This document shows positions 10,499 through 20,752 of a stretch of 62,736 bases of DNA, in pieces. Source of the DNA: Smithella sp. (GTDB taxonomy: Bacteria > Desulfobacterota > Syntrophia > Syntrophales > Smithellaceae); the NCBI GenBank assembly GCA_012522275.1, contig JAAYKU010000052.1:1-62736 (forward strand), written 5' to 3'. How positions within the stretch are numbered: the stretch's first letter is position 1; the number at the start of each line of letters is the position of its first letter. A program made the position numbers and the translations under genes. The notes below the pieces were generated by a model, which saw nothing but the letters and a program-made list of their open reading frames with translations, was not told the origin of the DNA and did not search any database.

Positions 10499-12778
10499 TC
10501 ATATCTGCAGCATGCCCAGCCCGGCCAGAGACACCTTGATCATTATCCTCTGGTCGTCGTACGTTTTGGTGTAGTCCGCCCCGAGCCCCCAGCACTGGTG
10601 GTTGTACATGAACCCCACTGTGCTTTCAATGTTGTGGTGATGGAGGCGGTCGAGCCTGAGCGCCACCCGTCCACTCAAGCGCTCGGTAATAACGGCTTTG
10701 AGATCCATGCTGATTGCTTCCACACTGTCTTGCGTGTAGCGGTACCCAAAAGTCAGCGTGTCGCCACGCCAGTCGCGCAGACCGAGATCGTAATTCATTT
10801 CCTTCCAGCCCGTGTAAGGGTTGTAGCTGTTACGGGCCGCAAGCCAAACGTACGGGTGCGGCCGAAAGTCAAGCTCTATCCCCACATCGGAAAAGGGGCG
10901 TCTTTTCTGCTCGGGCCAGGTTGTGTCGCGTTTCGCTTCGTTGATGTCATACACCTGGAAAAGCTTGAAACGCAGCATCTCGTGATAGCTGAAGGGTCCG
11001 TCTTTATCCCTGGAGCGGGCCGTTACCGTGTTGGTCAGGGCCCAGGCCACGGCGTGTTGCTCAATCAGAGCATCGCCGTCGCTCCAGGCCAAAGTCGTAA
11101 AGGGATCGAGCATCGAGCTGATGCGGGGGATATAATCTGGAATTGAATCCTGCCATATCCAGGAACTGCCCGTTTCATCTCTTTGAAGTATTTTATCCTG
11201 CCGTACGCGGGGGATATATGAATAAACCATCTCCGGTCTGATTTCATGACGAATTTTATCCCATCCCAAAAGATTTACATCAAAGACGCGGAACATCCGG
11301 CTCGAAACATTGAAGCCCGCGTTTATAACCGTCCTGTTGTCGCCGCGCCTGCCCGTGTCATACCCGCTTTTTTCGCGGTTCGAATACCAGAGAATCTCAT
11401 GCAGCGTCAGCTGCGGCGTTATTTTCAGATAATCGGAAACACTCAAGGGCAATGACACGGAAGGGGCGATGTCCATGTAGTGTCCTTTTCTGCCCTCGCC
11501 CCGGTAAAAATAATCATAAGTGCCGGTAAATTCATAATAAACCGGGGTGGAAAAAAGAGGCTGTCTGATACCGGTGAAAATTATCTCCGGATACTGCTGC
11601 AGGGTGCGGCTGTTGCTCGGTGTGGAAAAATCATCGCGATAACCTATGCGCCCCATCAGGTTGAAATTATCCCAGCCCTTGAACACGCGCGCGGTGGACT
11701 CCAGAGACGGCAAAGAGGCGTTTCCCTGGAAGGGAACTTTCCTGAACGGGTCGTCCTCGGAAGCCGAGTAATTGCTCAGATAATAGTTATGGGAATCGAA
11801 ATCACGGAAATACCAGGGGTCGGAAACACGACGCAAATCGGTCCGGATATAAAACTGAGGTTCAAATTCGGTATAATGATTCAGATAATAGGACCAGCGC
11901 TTGTGCGTACCCTGCCAGTCCCGGGCAAGCTCCCCGGGGCCGGTTTCGTAAATATTCTTGCGGTCGGCCATGAAATCACCGTAGAGGGTGCCGAAGGAAG
12001 ACGAACCGGCGAAGTAGCGCAATTCCATTCCCCCTTGAAAGCCCCTCTTCTCGATGAAACGGGGATAAAAGGTGGCGTCCATCTGTTGGGTGATCACCCA
12101 GAAAAAAGGAAGCTCGACATCTATCCCGCCCTTGTTTTTCGAATGGGAAAGGTATGGAAAGAGAAAACCTGTCTGGCGTTTGGTTTTTGCGGGAAAGGCA
12201 ACGATTGGCGTATATAAAACAGGTATGTCTTTGGTCAAGAGGCGCGCATTCTTCACCCATCCGTATCCCTCCAGCGTGACGCTCATGGAGCTGCCGGCTA
12301 TTTTCCAGTCCGGGTTGTCTCCGTCGCAGGTCGTCGCAACCGGCTGCTCGATCGTGTAGGTACTCTCGCCTGTTTTTTCTATCCGCTCTCCCGAGATGTA
12401 AAAATGATTGCGCGCGTAAAAGACTCTGGAGTTGTAGGCCACACCGGTTTTGTCCTGAAGATTGACGACGATTTTTTCGCCGGCAAGCGTATCCTCCTCC
12501 ATTTTCAAAAAAGCCCCGTCCCGGGCAGTCGCCAGATTGTTTTTACGGTCATACTCCACATATTGGGCCGTCAGTGTGCCGTCACCATAGTGAATAACGA
12601 CATTGCCCGCCGCTGAGTAAACATCCCGCTCATTGTCGTAAGCCAGATTGTCCGCCTCGATTCTGACCGGAGCATCCGAAGGCAGCTTCAAGTCCTGCGC
12701 CCATGCCGGGCGACAGCAAAGGAGGATCAGACAGGCGACGGCAACCCGCAGGCAATGATGTTCGAAGTTGTTGAGCAA
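10499..12778 (-). CDS. lptD: LPS-assembly outer membrane protein LptD
   Basis: Signal peptide (..RPAWAQD), an OstA-like N-terminal domain, then a long Tyr/Gly-rich beta-barrel region. TTG start as in the ORF track. Confidence 0.85.
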   Translation of the reverse strand: MLNNFEHHCLRVAVACLILLCCRPAWAQDLKLPSDAPVRIEADNLAYDNERDVYSAAGNVVIHYGDGTLTAQYVEYDRKNNLATARDGAFLKMEEDTLAGEKIVVNLQDKTGVAYNSRVFYARNHFYISGERIEKTGESTYTIEQPVATTCDGDNPDWKIAGSSMSVTLEGYGWVKNARLLTKDIPVLYTPIVAFPAKTKRQTGFLFPYLSHSKNKGGIDVELPFFWVITQQMDATFYPRFIEKRGFQGGMELRYFAGSSSFGTLYGDFMADRKNIYETGPGELARDWQGTHKRWSYYLNHYTEFEPQFYIRTDLRRVSDPWYFRDFDSHNYYLSNYSASEDDPFRKVPFQGNASLPSLESTARVFKGWDNFNLMGRIGYRDDFSTPSNSRTLQQYPEIIFTGIRQPLFSTPVYYEFTGTYDYFYRGEGRKGHYMDIAPSVSLPLSVSDYLKITPQLTLHEILWYSNREKSGYDTGRRGDNRTVINAGFNVSSRMFRVFDVNLLGWDKIRHEIRPEMVYSYIPRVRQDKILQRDETGSSWIWQDSIPDYIPRISSMLDPFTTLAWSDGDALIEQHAVAWALTNTVTARSRDKDGPFSYHEMLRFKLFQVYDINEAKRDTTWPEQKRRPFSDVGIELDFRPHPYVWLAARNSYNPYTGWKEMNYDLGLRDWRGDTLTFGYRYTQDSVEAISMDLKAVITERLSGRVALRLDRLHHHNIESTVGFMYNHQCWGLGADYTKTYDDQRIMIKVSLAGLGMLQI

Positions 12779-12810
12779 ACCAAAGCCACCTTTTATACTG
12801 ATTTTTCGCG

Positions 12811-14088
12811 TTATGCCTTACCACAAGAATGTGTTTGTTGAAATGTCTGTTTTATCTCTCCGGCCAGATAAAGGGAGCCTGCAGCACAGATCATATCATC
12901 CTCGCCCACTTGTGACAAAGCCATGTCGGCGGCCTCGTCGGGGCTACGCACCACAACGGCTCTTCCTCCCAGACTTTCCACGATGCGCGCCAGCGCGCCG
13001 GGAGCAACGGCGCGCTCAGAGCGCAGCGCCGGCAAAAAGGTGGTGTCTGCCAGCGGCACAATTTTCTGCAGCATTCTTTTGCAGTCTTTATCCGCCAGCG
13101 CGGCAAAAATCAGCATCAGCCTGCGCCGGGGAAAATCATGCCGCAATGAACGGCACAAAGCGGCAATGCCCGACGGGTTATGAGCACCGTCGAGAAGAAA
13201 CAGGGGCCTGTCGCACAAGACCTCCATGCGCGCCTCCCAGCGCGTATTTTCCAGGCCGGTGCAAACTGCCTCGTCCGTAAGGGGGTATCCGGTTTTTTCC
13301 ACAATCTCGACAGCGGCCAGCGCGAGCGCGGCATTGGACCATTGATGAGCGCCCGGCAGGGAAAGTCTGATCCCTTTGATGCGGCGGTTTATTCCCAGAT
13401 AATCTGCGGCGCCGCCCCTGCGTCTGATGATTCTGAAGTCTCTCCCGAGACGATAAAGTTTCGCCTCTCTCTGGCGGCAGACCCAAGAAATGACCTCCAC
13501 GGCTTTTTTCTGCACTGCACCGGTTAGGCATACTCCCGAGGGCCGGACAATTCCGGCTTTTTCGGCGGCGATGCCCGAAAGTGTCCTTCCCAACACGGCC
13601 GTGTGCTCCAGGCCGATATTGGTAATGACCGAAACCACCGGACGGCAGACATTGGTCGCGTCGAGCCTGCCGCCGAGGCCGACCTCCATCACGGCAATGT
13701 CCACCTGCTCGCGCTGAAAATGAATAAATGCCGCCGCGGTCAGAACTTCAAAGTAGGTCACGGGCAGAGGTGCCGCTTCACTGATTTGTGCCACAATGGC
13801 GGCGAATTTATTAAAAGGGATCTTCTTGCCGTCAATGACAATTCTTTCGCGCACATCTGCCAGATGGGGCGAAGTGTAAAGACCTGTCTTGTAGCCGCCC
13901 CGCTTCAGCACAGAGGCGATCATTGCCGCCGTCGAGCCTTTGCCGTTGGTGCCTCCCACCAGAATCGTCCTGCAGGAGTTTTGGGGGCTGCCGAAGCGCT
14001 TTAGAAGCGCGGTTACGGACTCGAGGCCGAAGTGCATCACGTTGATATTCAGGCCGGAAAGGTAGGCATCTGGGTCGAATTTATTCAT
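12811..14088 (-). CDS. folC: Bifunctional folylpolyglutamate synthase/dihydrofolate synthase
   Basis: Mur-ligase P-loop VGGTNGKGST with FolC-like length and layout. Confidence 0.85.
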   Translation of the reverse strand: MNKFDPDAYLSGLNINVMHFGLESVTALLKRFGSPQNSCRTILVGGTNGKGSTAAMIASVLKRGGYKTGLYTSPHLADVRERIVIDGKKIPFNKFAAIVAQISEAAPLPVTYFEVLTAAAFIHFQREQVDIAVMEVGLGGRLDATNVCRPVVSVITNIGLEHTAVLGRTLSGIAAEKAGIVRPSGVCLTGAVQKKAVEVISWVCRQREAKLYRLGRDFRIIRRRGGAADYLGINRRIKGIRLSLPGAHQWSNAALALAAVEIVEKTGYPLTDEAVCTGLENTRWEARMEVLCDRPLFLLDGAHNPSGIAALCRSLRHDFPRRRLMLIFAALADKDCKRMLQKIVPLADTTFLPALRSERAVAPGALARIVESLGGRAVVVRSPDEAADMALSQVGEDDMICAAGSLYLAGEIKQTFQQTHSCGKA

Positions 14089-14103
14089 CTGGGAGCCGGC
14101 GCA

Positions 14104-14871
14104 TTAAAGACGAATAACCTGACCGTCTTTGACAATGTGAATTTTTTTATCCCGGAGTGAAAGAATTTCACGGCGAATCGCACTTGCATACTGGGGCTTT
14201 ATGTGGTGGATGTAAATATCCGGTTCGATCCTGTTCATTTTTTTCAGCTCGGCGGCAAGCGTCACAGGCGTGAGGTGGCCCGTCTTGTCTGCTGTTTCCT
14301 GCATGCCGCCGGGCAGAGACGTTTCCAGAAAAACCGCCTTCAGCCCTTCGACTGCCGCAGCCGCCTTCCAGACATTTTCCGTCGGTCCCGTGTCACCCAG
14401 AAACAAAACGGCTTTTTTCCCATGCTCTATCAGGAAGCCCAGACTCTCCACCGTGTGATCAAGTTGCAAAGCCTTGACCTGAAAACCGCCAAACTGTTTT
14501 TTCCTTCCGGGACTTACAGTCTGAAACTTGAGCAATGGCTCAGCAACGCTGGGAATTCGCGAAAAATCAGGCCAGATTACATTATTGAACAGGTGACGAC
14601 GAAGGCTATCGATAATGCCTTTGCTGCTTACCACGGTAAGCGGTCTTTTGCGGCCGGCATAATACAAATTATCAACAAGAAACACAATGTCACGCACATG
14701 ATCCAGATGCGCGTGCGTGACAAAAACGTAATCAATAAAAAGCTGCTGTCTGAGCGACAGCACCGGGGTAACGGTTCCCGCATCGATAAGAATTCTGTTT
14801 TCAATCAGAAAGCTTGTTGTATTGAAATCAGGCAGTTGAGAACCGTGACAACCCAACACGCGTATTTTCAT
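14104..14871 (-). CDS. MBL-fold hydrolase, class II cyclic-nucleotide phosphodiesterase-like
   Basis: THAHLDH motif in a context resembling the class II PDE signature. ATG at 14871 (MKIRVLGCHG). Confidence 0.6.
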   Translation of the reverse strand: MKIRVLGCHGSQLPDFNTTSFLIENRILIDAGTVTPVLSLRQQLFIDYVFVTHAHLDHVRDIVFLVDNLYYAGRKRPLTVVSSKGIIDSLRRHLFNNVIWPDFSRIPSVAEPLLKFQTVSPGRKKQFGGFQVKALQLDHTVESLGFLIEHGKKAVLFLGDTGPTENVWKAAAAVEGLKAVFLETSLPGGMQETADKTGHLTPVTLAAELKKMNRIEPDIYIHHIKPQYASAIRREILSLRDKKIHIVKDGQVIRL

Positions 14872-15089
14872 GCACAACCCCCGCCACCCGCGGCATCGTA
14901 TTGTAATAACTTCGAATTTAGTTAGCACACCCCGGTTTTACAGACAATGATTTTGTGCGAGCTGACCCACGACCTTTTGAGCTTTAAACCTTTCGGATCT
15001 TATGTACGTCATCGATATGCCGTACAATGAAAAAAACGCGTTACGCTCAACTGGTCGGCCGAAAATCAGTCAGCACAAATCTATATCGT

Positions 15090-15112
15090 AAAAGCGCCGG
15101 CTGCGTACCGGC
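15090..15112 (-). terminator. Candidate terminator after the DUF169 gene
   Basis: Minus strand reads GCCGG uacgcag CCGGC, then GC and TTTT. The stem is only 5 bp. Confidence 0.4.
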
Positions 15113-15153
15113 CGGCATTATCTGCATTTGGGTTCGTTTTCAAAATACAATTA

Positions 15154-15975
15154 TCATTTTGACGCAAGCAGGGCCTGCCAGGTGTGGCGCTCCAGAAAAG
15201 ATCCGGAAACATTGTTTTCCATTTCCTCAAACAGCGCGAAGGGAACGGCAAAAGTCATAAAATTTGTCTCACCCAGTTGCTTGCGTACATACAGACGGGC
15301 GGAAAGGTCAGTCAGTCCCGCCACCGCGCGGGGCCGGTCCGATTTTGCCTCGCGATAGGGATAGATACCGATGACTTGACAGCCGGCGGCGTAAGGGATG
15401 ATCACATTTTCATTGTCGCCGCGACCGTAATTGGCCAGCACCGTCAAGGCGGAAAACTGATCCGGATCGACAAAGAAAATAATCGTCTGCGGTTTTTCCT
15501 TTGATGGATCAACGGCGGAAAGGGGCTTGAAGACGACGTACTTCGCGGGTATCTCGGTCATCGGCAACGCGTCGATAAATTTCCGGACATTTTCAGGGGT
15601 ATTGATGTAGCGCTCACCGTTTAAGAAGTTTTCGTGGCTTTCCTTCGTCATAAAAGGCTTGAGTTGCTCGGCCGCCGCGACACCGCCCGGCCGGGAGGCG
15701 TTGCCCGACGACAGGAAATGACAAAAACCTTCTTCACCTCCTGGAAAGTTTTTATACTGGTTACCAAAACCCAGTCCCACGCCGCCACCGAAGCATCCGA
15801 AAGTCTTAATGTCGGCCACAGACGTTCTCCCTTTAGCGGCAGAGGCAACCAGCCACATTACGCAGCCCCATTTGCCCTCGGAAAACTGCATGGCCCCGTC
15901 CGGTTTATCATCGGACCACAAAAGGGCCACCGGTTCATATTTTAGACGAACAGCCCTGGCAATTTGACTTTCCAT
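15154..15975 (-). CDS. DUF169-like protein
   Basis: Cys/Gly-rich core (GCVMW, FGCFGGG) and FFVDPDQ segment resemble DUF169. ATG at 15975 has AAGGAA 5 nt upstream. Confidence 0.55.
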   Translation of the reverse strand: MESQIARAVRLKYEPVALLWSDDKPDGAMQFSEGKWGCVMWLVASAAKGRTSVADIKTFGCFGGGVGLGFGNQYKNFPGGEEGFCHFLSSGNASRPGGVAAAEQLKPFMTKESHENFLNGERYINTPENVRKFIDALPMTEIPAKYVVFKPLSAVDPSKEKPQTIIFFVDPDQFSALTVLANYGRGDNENVIIPYAAGCQVIGIYPYREAKSDRPRAVAGLTDLSARLYVRKQLGETNFMTFAVPFALFEEMENNVSGSFLERHTWQALLASK

Positions 15976-16050
15976 TAGAGTTCCTTTGTCGGCAAAATTG
16001 TTCAATCCGCGGCCCGCCGGCTGTTACAGATCAAGCAGCACCGGCACCAG

Positions 16051-16079
16051 ATTATAAAAGTCCATCAATACCGGGTGAA
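16051..16079 (-). promoter_or_regulatory. Candidate sigma70 promoter for the DUF169 gene
   Basis: Minus strand reads TTCACC, 17-nt spacer, TATAAT (perfect -10). Confidence 0.4.
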
Positions 16080-16159
16080 TTAATTAAAATAAATCAAAAC
16101 ACTACAAAAATGGATCGCGGCACAACCATCGTAAAAAGCGGCAAGGGTAAGGGCCGGAG

Positions 16160-16420
16160 TCAATCGGCCGTAACTTTAAACACTTCGTCACCAGGGCGCA
16201 CCCGGTCGGAAACTTTCATGCCGATGGACTGGCCGACTGTCGCTTTTTGCACGGGTTTGTTGTCAACCTCCATGGACTGGATCACATCGGTAAATTCCGT
16301 CGTATGGCCGGAAAATTTCACACTGTCACCAACGTGCAATTCGCCTTCTGTGATGCGTACAGCAGCCACGGATGGTTTGGCGAAAAATTTTACCACCTCA
16401 CCTATTTTTTTTTCTGCCAT
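16160..16420 (-). CDS. Small translation-elongation-factor-like protein (EF-Tu domain 2-like beta-barrel)
   Basis: The 86-aa protein has IGEV..F.K..VA.V.I..G.L..GD...F and GQ..G..V patterns like EF-Tu domain II. ATG at 16420 has GGAGGAA 6 nt upstream. Confidence 0.6.
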   Translation of the reverse strand: MAEKKIGEVVKFFAKPSVAAVRITEGELHVGDSVKFSGHTTEFTDVIQSMEVDNKPVQKATVGQSIGMKVSDRVRPGDEVFKVTAD

Positions 16421-16548
16421 GGTCGATTCCTCCACATAAACCGGTCGGATCTGTTAAGGTTTGCGACGACACAGCGCTGTCGGCGCAAGTCGCCCCTTCA
16501 CGCCTGCCCATGGCAGAATTACATTTTTTAATTAAAAAAAACAACCAT

Positions 16549-16574
16549 AAAAAAGGCGGGATAATTATCCCGCC
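16549..16574 (-). terminator. Rho-independent terminator ending the ribosomal supercluster
   Basis: Perfect palindrome GGCGGGAT AATT ATCCCGCC flanked by A6/T4. On the minus strand the hairpin is followed by T6, 30 nt after the rplQ stop. Confidence 0.75.
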
Positions 16575-16603
16575 TTTTGACTTATCACTTAAACGAATCG
16601 ACG

Positions 16604-17017
16604 CTATTGTTCTTTATTTTCTTTAGCTTTGCGCTTGGATTTTACCTTTTCCTTGGTCTTCTCATCGGGGAGATATTCAATGATGGAAACAGGGGCATTG
16701 TCGCCGAAGCGATAGCCGACCTTCACGATGCGCGTGTATCCGCCGGCGCGGTCGCGGAAACGCCCGGCAAGCTCACCGAACAGTTTGTCGACCATCTGTC
16801 TGTCACGCACAATCGCCAGAGCCTGACGCCTGGCATGCAGATCGCCCCTCTTGCCCAGTGTGATCATGTTGTCCGCCAGCTTGCGCAACTCTTTGGCAAT
16901 GGTATCCGTGGTGCGGATGCTCTCGTGTTTTATTATGGATGTCACCATATTCCGGAACATGGCTTCCCGGTGACTGGACGTCCGTCCCAGCTTTCTTCCC
17001 GCCTTACCGTGATACAT
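16604..17017 (-). CDS. rplQ: 50S ribosomal protein L17
   Basis: Contains [15 protein letters not shown] and GGYTRI. Confidence 0.95.
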   Translation of the reverse strand: MYHGKAGRKLGRTSSHREAMFRNMVTSIIKHESIRTTDTIAKELRKLADNMITLGKRGDLHARRQALAIVRDRQMVDKLFGELAGRFRDRAGGYTRIVKVGYRFGDNAPVSIIEYLPDEKTKEKVKSKRKAKENKEQ

Positions 17018-17088
17018 TTTTAAATTTTCCTTTCCTGACTGTCAAACCTTACGATCGGTAATTATTTCTTTGTGTTTTCCGCGGCTGT

Positions 17089-18063
17089 TCAGGATTCCTC
17101 TTCCAGCTTCATCCCGAAAACCAGACCGTATTCGCTCAAAATGTCTTTGAGCTCAGAAAGTGACTTGCGGCCGAAATTTTTCGTCTTGAGCATGTCCGCT
17201 TCCGTACGCTGAACCAGCTCTCCGATGGTGTTGATACCCGCGTTTTTCAGGCAGTTGGCCGAACGCACGGACAGTTCAAGATCTTCAACGGAGCGCGACA
17301 GGATTTCAGTAAGATTTTCCGTTTCACCTTCAGGTTCGGGCATGATCTCTTCTTCATCAAGTTCTTCGAAGTTGATAAAGACATCAAGCTGCTGCTTGAG
17401 TATTTTTGCCGAGAAAGCCATGGCGTCTGCCGGAGCAATGCTGCCATCGGTCCAGATCTCCATGACCAGTTTGTCATAGTCCGTTATCTGGCCGACACGG
17501 GCGTGCGAAACGACATAATTGACTTTCTTGATAGGAGAAAAAATCGCGTCGGTATTGATGGTGCCGGCAGGCTGATCGGGCTCTAGTTCTTTTTTTGCCG
17601 GGAGATAGCCCTTGCCCGTCTTTACGACCATTTGAGCCTTCAAGCTGCCGCCGCCCGATATTGTGGCGATGTAATGGTCGGGATTGAGCACCTCCACCGT
17701 TCCATCCGTAACAATATCCGCCGCCGTTACGACGCCCGTGCTCGTCACGTCGAGCGACACATTTTTCGTGTCTGCCGAACCGAGTTTGAAGCGAACGCCT
17801 TTGAGATTTAAAATAATATCCGTAACATCTTCCTTGATTCCTGGAATCGTCGAAAACTCGTGCAAGACCCCGTCAATTTTTATCGAAGTGATCGCGGCCC
17901 CCTGAATGGAGGACAAAAGAACTCTCCTCAACGCATTGCCCAGGGTTATACCAAATCCTCTTTCCAAAGGCTGAATTGTAAATTCTCCGTAAAACCGTGT
18001 ATGTGTCGCTTCATCGACATCAACACGTTTGGGACGAATCAAACTCGACCAGTTTCTCTGCAT
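17089..18063 (-). CDS. rpoA: DNA-directed RNA polymerase subunit alpha
   Basis: N-terminal [11 protein letters not shown] and a C-terminal domain with [15 protein letters not shown] at 18063 is preferred; the ORF-track start is an upstream TTG. Confidence 0.95.
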   Translation of the reverse strand: MQRNWSSLIRPKRVDVDEATHTRFYGEFTIQPLERGFGITLGNALRRVLLSSIQGAAITSIKIDGVLHEFSTIPGIKEDVTDIILNLKGVRFKLGSADTKNVSLDVTSTGVVTAADIVTDGTVEVLNPDHYIATISGGGSLKAQMVVKTGKGYLPAKKELEPDQPAGTINTDAIFSPIKKVNYVVSHARVGQITDYDKLVMEIWTDGSIAPADAMAFSAKILKQQLDVFINFEELDEEEIMPEPEGETENLTEILSRSVEDLELSVRSANCLKNAGINTIGELVQRTEADMLKTKNFGRKSLSELKDILSEYGLVFGMKLEEES

Positions 18064-18110
18064 AATTAACCCCATTTTCAAGCTGGTTTAATGGATACTG
18101 AAAACTCTGT

Positions 18111-18740
18111 TTATTTTGAATAAAGCTCAACAACAAGCTGCTCTTCGACCGGCATGGTTAAATCTTCGCGTACCGGCAGCACTTTAACGGTTGCCTTGAA
18201 GTTGTCTTTATCCAGTTCCAGCCAATGCGGGATGCCGCGTCTGGCCACGGTTTCCATTGCTTCTTGTATCCGGTTTATCTTTCGGGACCCTTCCCGGACA
18301 GTGATTTCATCACCTGCCTTGAGAAGGTAAGACGGTATATTGACGGTTTTGCCGTTTACCAGAAAGTGTCTGTGGCCCACCAGCTGCCTGGCCTCCACCC
18401 GGGAATTGGCGAAACCGAGGCGAAAGACCATATTGTCCAGCCTGCGCTCCAGCAGCACCAGGAGATTAGTACCGGTGATGCCCTTCTGTCGGTCGGCCCG
18501 CACAAAGTAGCCGTGGAACTGCTTTTCCAAAAGTCCGTACATTCTTTTGAGCTTTTGTTTTTCCCGCAGCTGGGTACCATAGTCCGAATTTTGTTTTCTG
18601 TGGGACTGGCCATGGTCTCCCGGAGCGTAGCCTCTTCTCTCGAAGGAGCACTTCTCCGAATAACAACGATCGCCCTTCAAAAAAAGCTTCAAGCCTTCCC
18701 GGCGACACAATCTGCATGAAGAATCAGTATACCTTGCCAA
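18111..18740 (-). CDS. rpsD: 30S ribosomal protein S4
   Basis: MARY.. N-terminus with four Cys ([10 protein letters not shown]) and an S4 domain. TTG start with GGGAGG 7 nt upstream. Confidence 0.95.
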   Translation of the reverse strand: MARYTDSSCRLCRREGLKLFLKGDRCYSEKCSFERRGYAPGDHGQSHRKQNSDYGTQLREKQKLKRMYGLLEKQFHGYFVRADRQKGITGTNLLVLLERRLDNMVFRLGFANSRVEARQLVGHRHFLVNGKTVNIPSYLLKAGDEITVREGSRKINRIQEAMETVARRGIPHWLELDKDNFKATVKVLPVREDLTMPVEEQLVVELYSK

Positions 18741-18781
18741 AAAACGCCTCCCTTTAGTTTTAAATCATTATAAAATATTTT

Positions 18782-19174
18782 TTATACTCTGCGCCGCTTC
18801 GGGGGTCTGCAGCCGTTATGCGGAACCGGCGTCACGTCACGGATCATGGTAATCGTCAGTCCGGCCAACTGCAAAGACCGCAGCGCCGATTCCCGCCCGG
18901 CGCCCGGCCCCTTGATATATACCTGCACCCTTCTCATGCCGTGCTCCTTAGCCTTGCGGACCGCATCTTCGGCCGCCATCTGCGCGGCAAACGGCGTACT
19001 TTTACGCGACCCTTTAAATCCCTGCAGACCGGAAGAAGACCAGGAGATGACATTGCCGGTCATGTCCGTAATCGTGATAATGGTGTTATTGAAAGTGGAC
19101 TGAATATGGGCCACTCCGTCTGTAATGTTTTTCTTTTCCTTTTTCTTACCTGTTTTTCTTACCGCTTTGGCCAT
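18782..19174 (-). CDS. rpsK: 30S ribosomal protein S11
   Basis: Contains [15 protein letters not shown] and tail [13 protein letters not shown]. Confidence 0.97.
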   Translation of the reverse strand: MAKAVRKTGKKKEKKNITDGVAHIQSTFNNTIITITDMTGNVISWSSSGLQGFKGSRKSTPFAAQMAAEDAVRKAKEHGMRRVQVYIKGPGAGRESALRSLQLAGLTITMIRDVTPVPHNGCRPPKRRRV

Positions 19175-19206
19175 TTCTCCTCCGGTCGAAAATAATCTTT
19201 AAGTTG

Positions 19207-19575
19207 TTACTTTTTCTTGCCCGCGATGGCTCTTCTGGGGCCTTTTCTCGTCCTGCCGTTGGTGTGCGTCCTCTGCCCCCGCACCGGCAACCCCTTGCGA
19301 TGGCGCAGACCGCGATACGCGCCGATATCCATCAAGCGCTTGATTGACATGGAAACTTCGCGACGCAGATCACCTTCAACCTTGCCTTCTTTGTCGATAA
19401 TGCTTCTGATTGCCGAAATTTCAGAATCCGCCAGTTCGTCGGTTTTCGTATCCGGGCTGACTCCCGACTCTTTGAGGATCTGCTTTGCCCTGGTTTTTCC
19501 GATACCGTAGATATAGGTCAAAGCGACTTCCATTCTTTTGTTCTTGGGTAAATCAACACCTGAAATTCTTGCCAC
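19207..19575 (-). CDS. rpsM: 30S ribosomal protein S13
   Basis: Starts ARISGVDLP and contains [18 protein letters not shown] start with GGAGG 6 nt upstream. Confidence 0.97.
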   Translation of the reverse strand: MARISGVDLPKNKRMEVALTYIYGIGKTRAKQILKESGVSPDTKTDELADSEISAIRSIIDKEGKVEGDLRREVSMSIKRLMDIGAYRGLRHRKGLPVRGQRTHTNGRTRKGPRRAIAGKKK

Positions 19576-19600
19576 CTGTAACCTCCTGAATTATGTAAAA

Positions 19601-19714
19601 CTATCCCTGGCGCTGCTTGTGTTTCGGGTTTTCGCAGATAACGCGCAAAACACCCTTGCGTTTCACAATTTTGCACTTCTCGCATATTTTTTTCACTGAC
19701 GATCTTACTTTCAC
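19601..19714 (-). CDS. rpmJ: 50S ribosomal protein L36
   Basis: Not in the ORF track. Hand translation gives (GTG)[36 protein letters not shown], with GGAG upstream. Confidence 0.9.
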   Translation of the reverse strand: MKVRSSVKKICEKCKIVKRKGVLRVICENPKHKQRQG

Positions 19715-19724
19715 TTCAAACTCC

Positions 19725-19943
19725 TTACTTGGTTCTGTAAGTAATCCGGCCCCGGGTCAGGTCGTACGGGGATAGCTCGACCGTAACTTTATCCCCCGGC
19801 AGTATTTTAATAAAATGCATCCGCATTTTACCGGAAATATGAGCCAGAACTTTATGCCCGTTTTCCAGCTCGACGCGGAACATTGCGTTCGGCAACGGCT
19901 CGAGAACCCGGCCTTCAACTTCTATTGCATCTTCTTTGGCCAT
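19725..19943 (-). CDS. infA: Translation initiation factor IF-1
   Basis: Contains [26 protein letters not shown] and MR..FI.I.PGD.V. Confidence 0.97.
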   Translation of the reverse strand: MAKEDAIEVEGRVLEPLPNAMFRVELENGHKVLAHISGKMRMHFIKILPGDKVTVELSPYDLTRGRITYRTK

Positions 19944-19973
19944 TTAACTGTGTACCACCATGCTCGAAACAAG

Positions 19974-20723
19974 TCAATTCAACCTGCTGAGAATATCCGG
20001 ACCGTTTTCTGTGATGGCAACCGAATGCTCGAAATGAGCCGACAAGCTTCCATCTTGCGTCACGACGGTCCAACCGTCCGATAAAACATTAACACTGTAG
20101 CTGCCTTCATTCACCATCGGCTCAATAGCGAGAATCATGCCCGCCTTGAGTTCGATCCCGCGCCCTTTCTTGCCGAAATTCGGAATCTGGGGATCTTCGT
20201 GCATGTCTCTGCCTATCCCGTGACCTACAAAATCCCGCACAACCGAATAACCAGCCGCTTCCACCGTCTGCTGAACCGCGGCGGAGATATCCCCGAGGCG
20301 ATTGCCGGGACAGGCATGTAAAATGGCTGCCTGCAAACTCCGCTCGGTTATTTCCATGAGCCTTGCAGCCTTCCCGCTCACACGCCCAACGGGCAGAGTA
20401 ATGGCCGAATCGCCGTAAAATCCCTGGTGGTAAACACCGAAATCCAGCCCGATAATGTCGCCTTCGACCAGGACCCGCTTCGATGGCATACCATGCACCA
20501 CCTCTTCATTGACCGAAGCACAAAGAGCGTAGGGATAACCGCGATAACCTTTAAAGGCCGGCCTGGCTCCACGTTTTTCGACAATGGTTTCCGCGATTTG
20601 ATCAAGCTCGAGCGTGGTCACGCCCGGTTTGACTTTTTCCCGCAGAACACTCAACACTTCCGCAACAATCCGGTTGCTTGCCCTGGCTTTTTCAATTTCG
20701 TCCGGCTGTTTCAAAATAACCAT
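19974..20723 (-). CDS. map: Type I methionine aminopeptidase
   Basis: Metal-ligand contexts are present (GDI.GLD, HGIG, ILAIEP, FEH). ATG at 20723. Confidence 0.93.
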   Translation of the reverse strand: MVILKQPDEIEKARASNRIVAEVLSVLREKVKPGVTTLELDQIAETIVEKRGARPAFKGYRGYPYALCASVNEEVVHGMPSKRVLVEGDIIGLDFGVYHQGFYGDSAITLPVGRVSGKAARLMEITERSLQAAILHACPGNRLGDISAAVQQTVEAAGYSVVRDFVGHGIGRDMHEDPQIPNFGKKGRGIELKAGMILAIEPMVNEGSYSVNVLSDGWTVVTQDGSLSAHFEHSVAITENGPDILSRLN

Positions 20724-20752
20724 GAGCTTCAACCCTTGCCGTAAAAGCGCAT

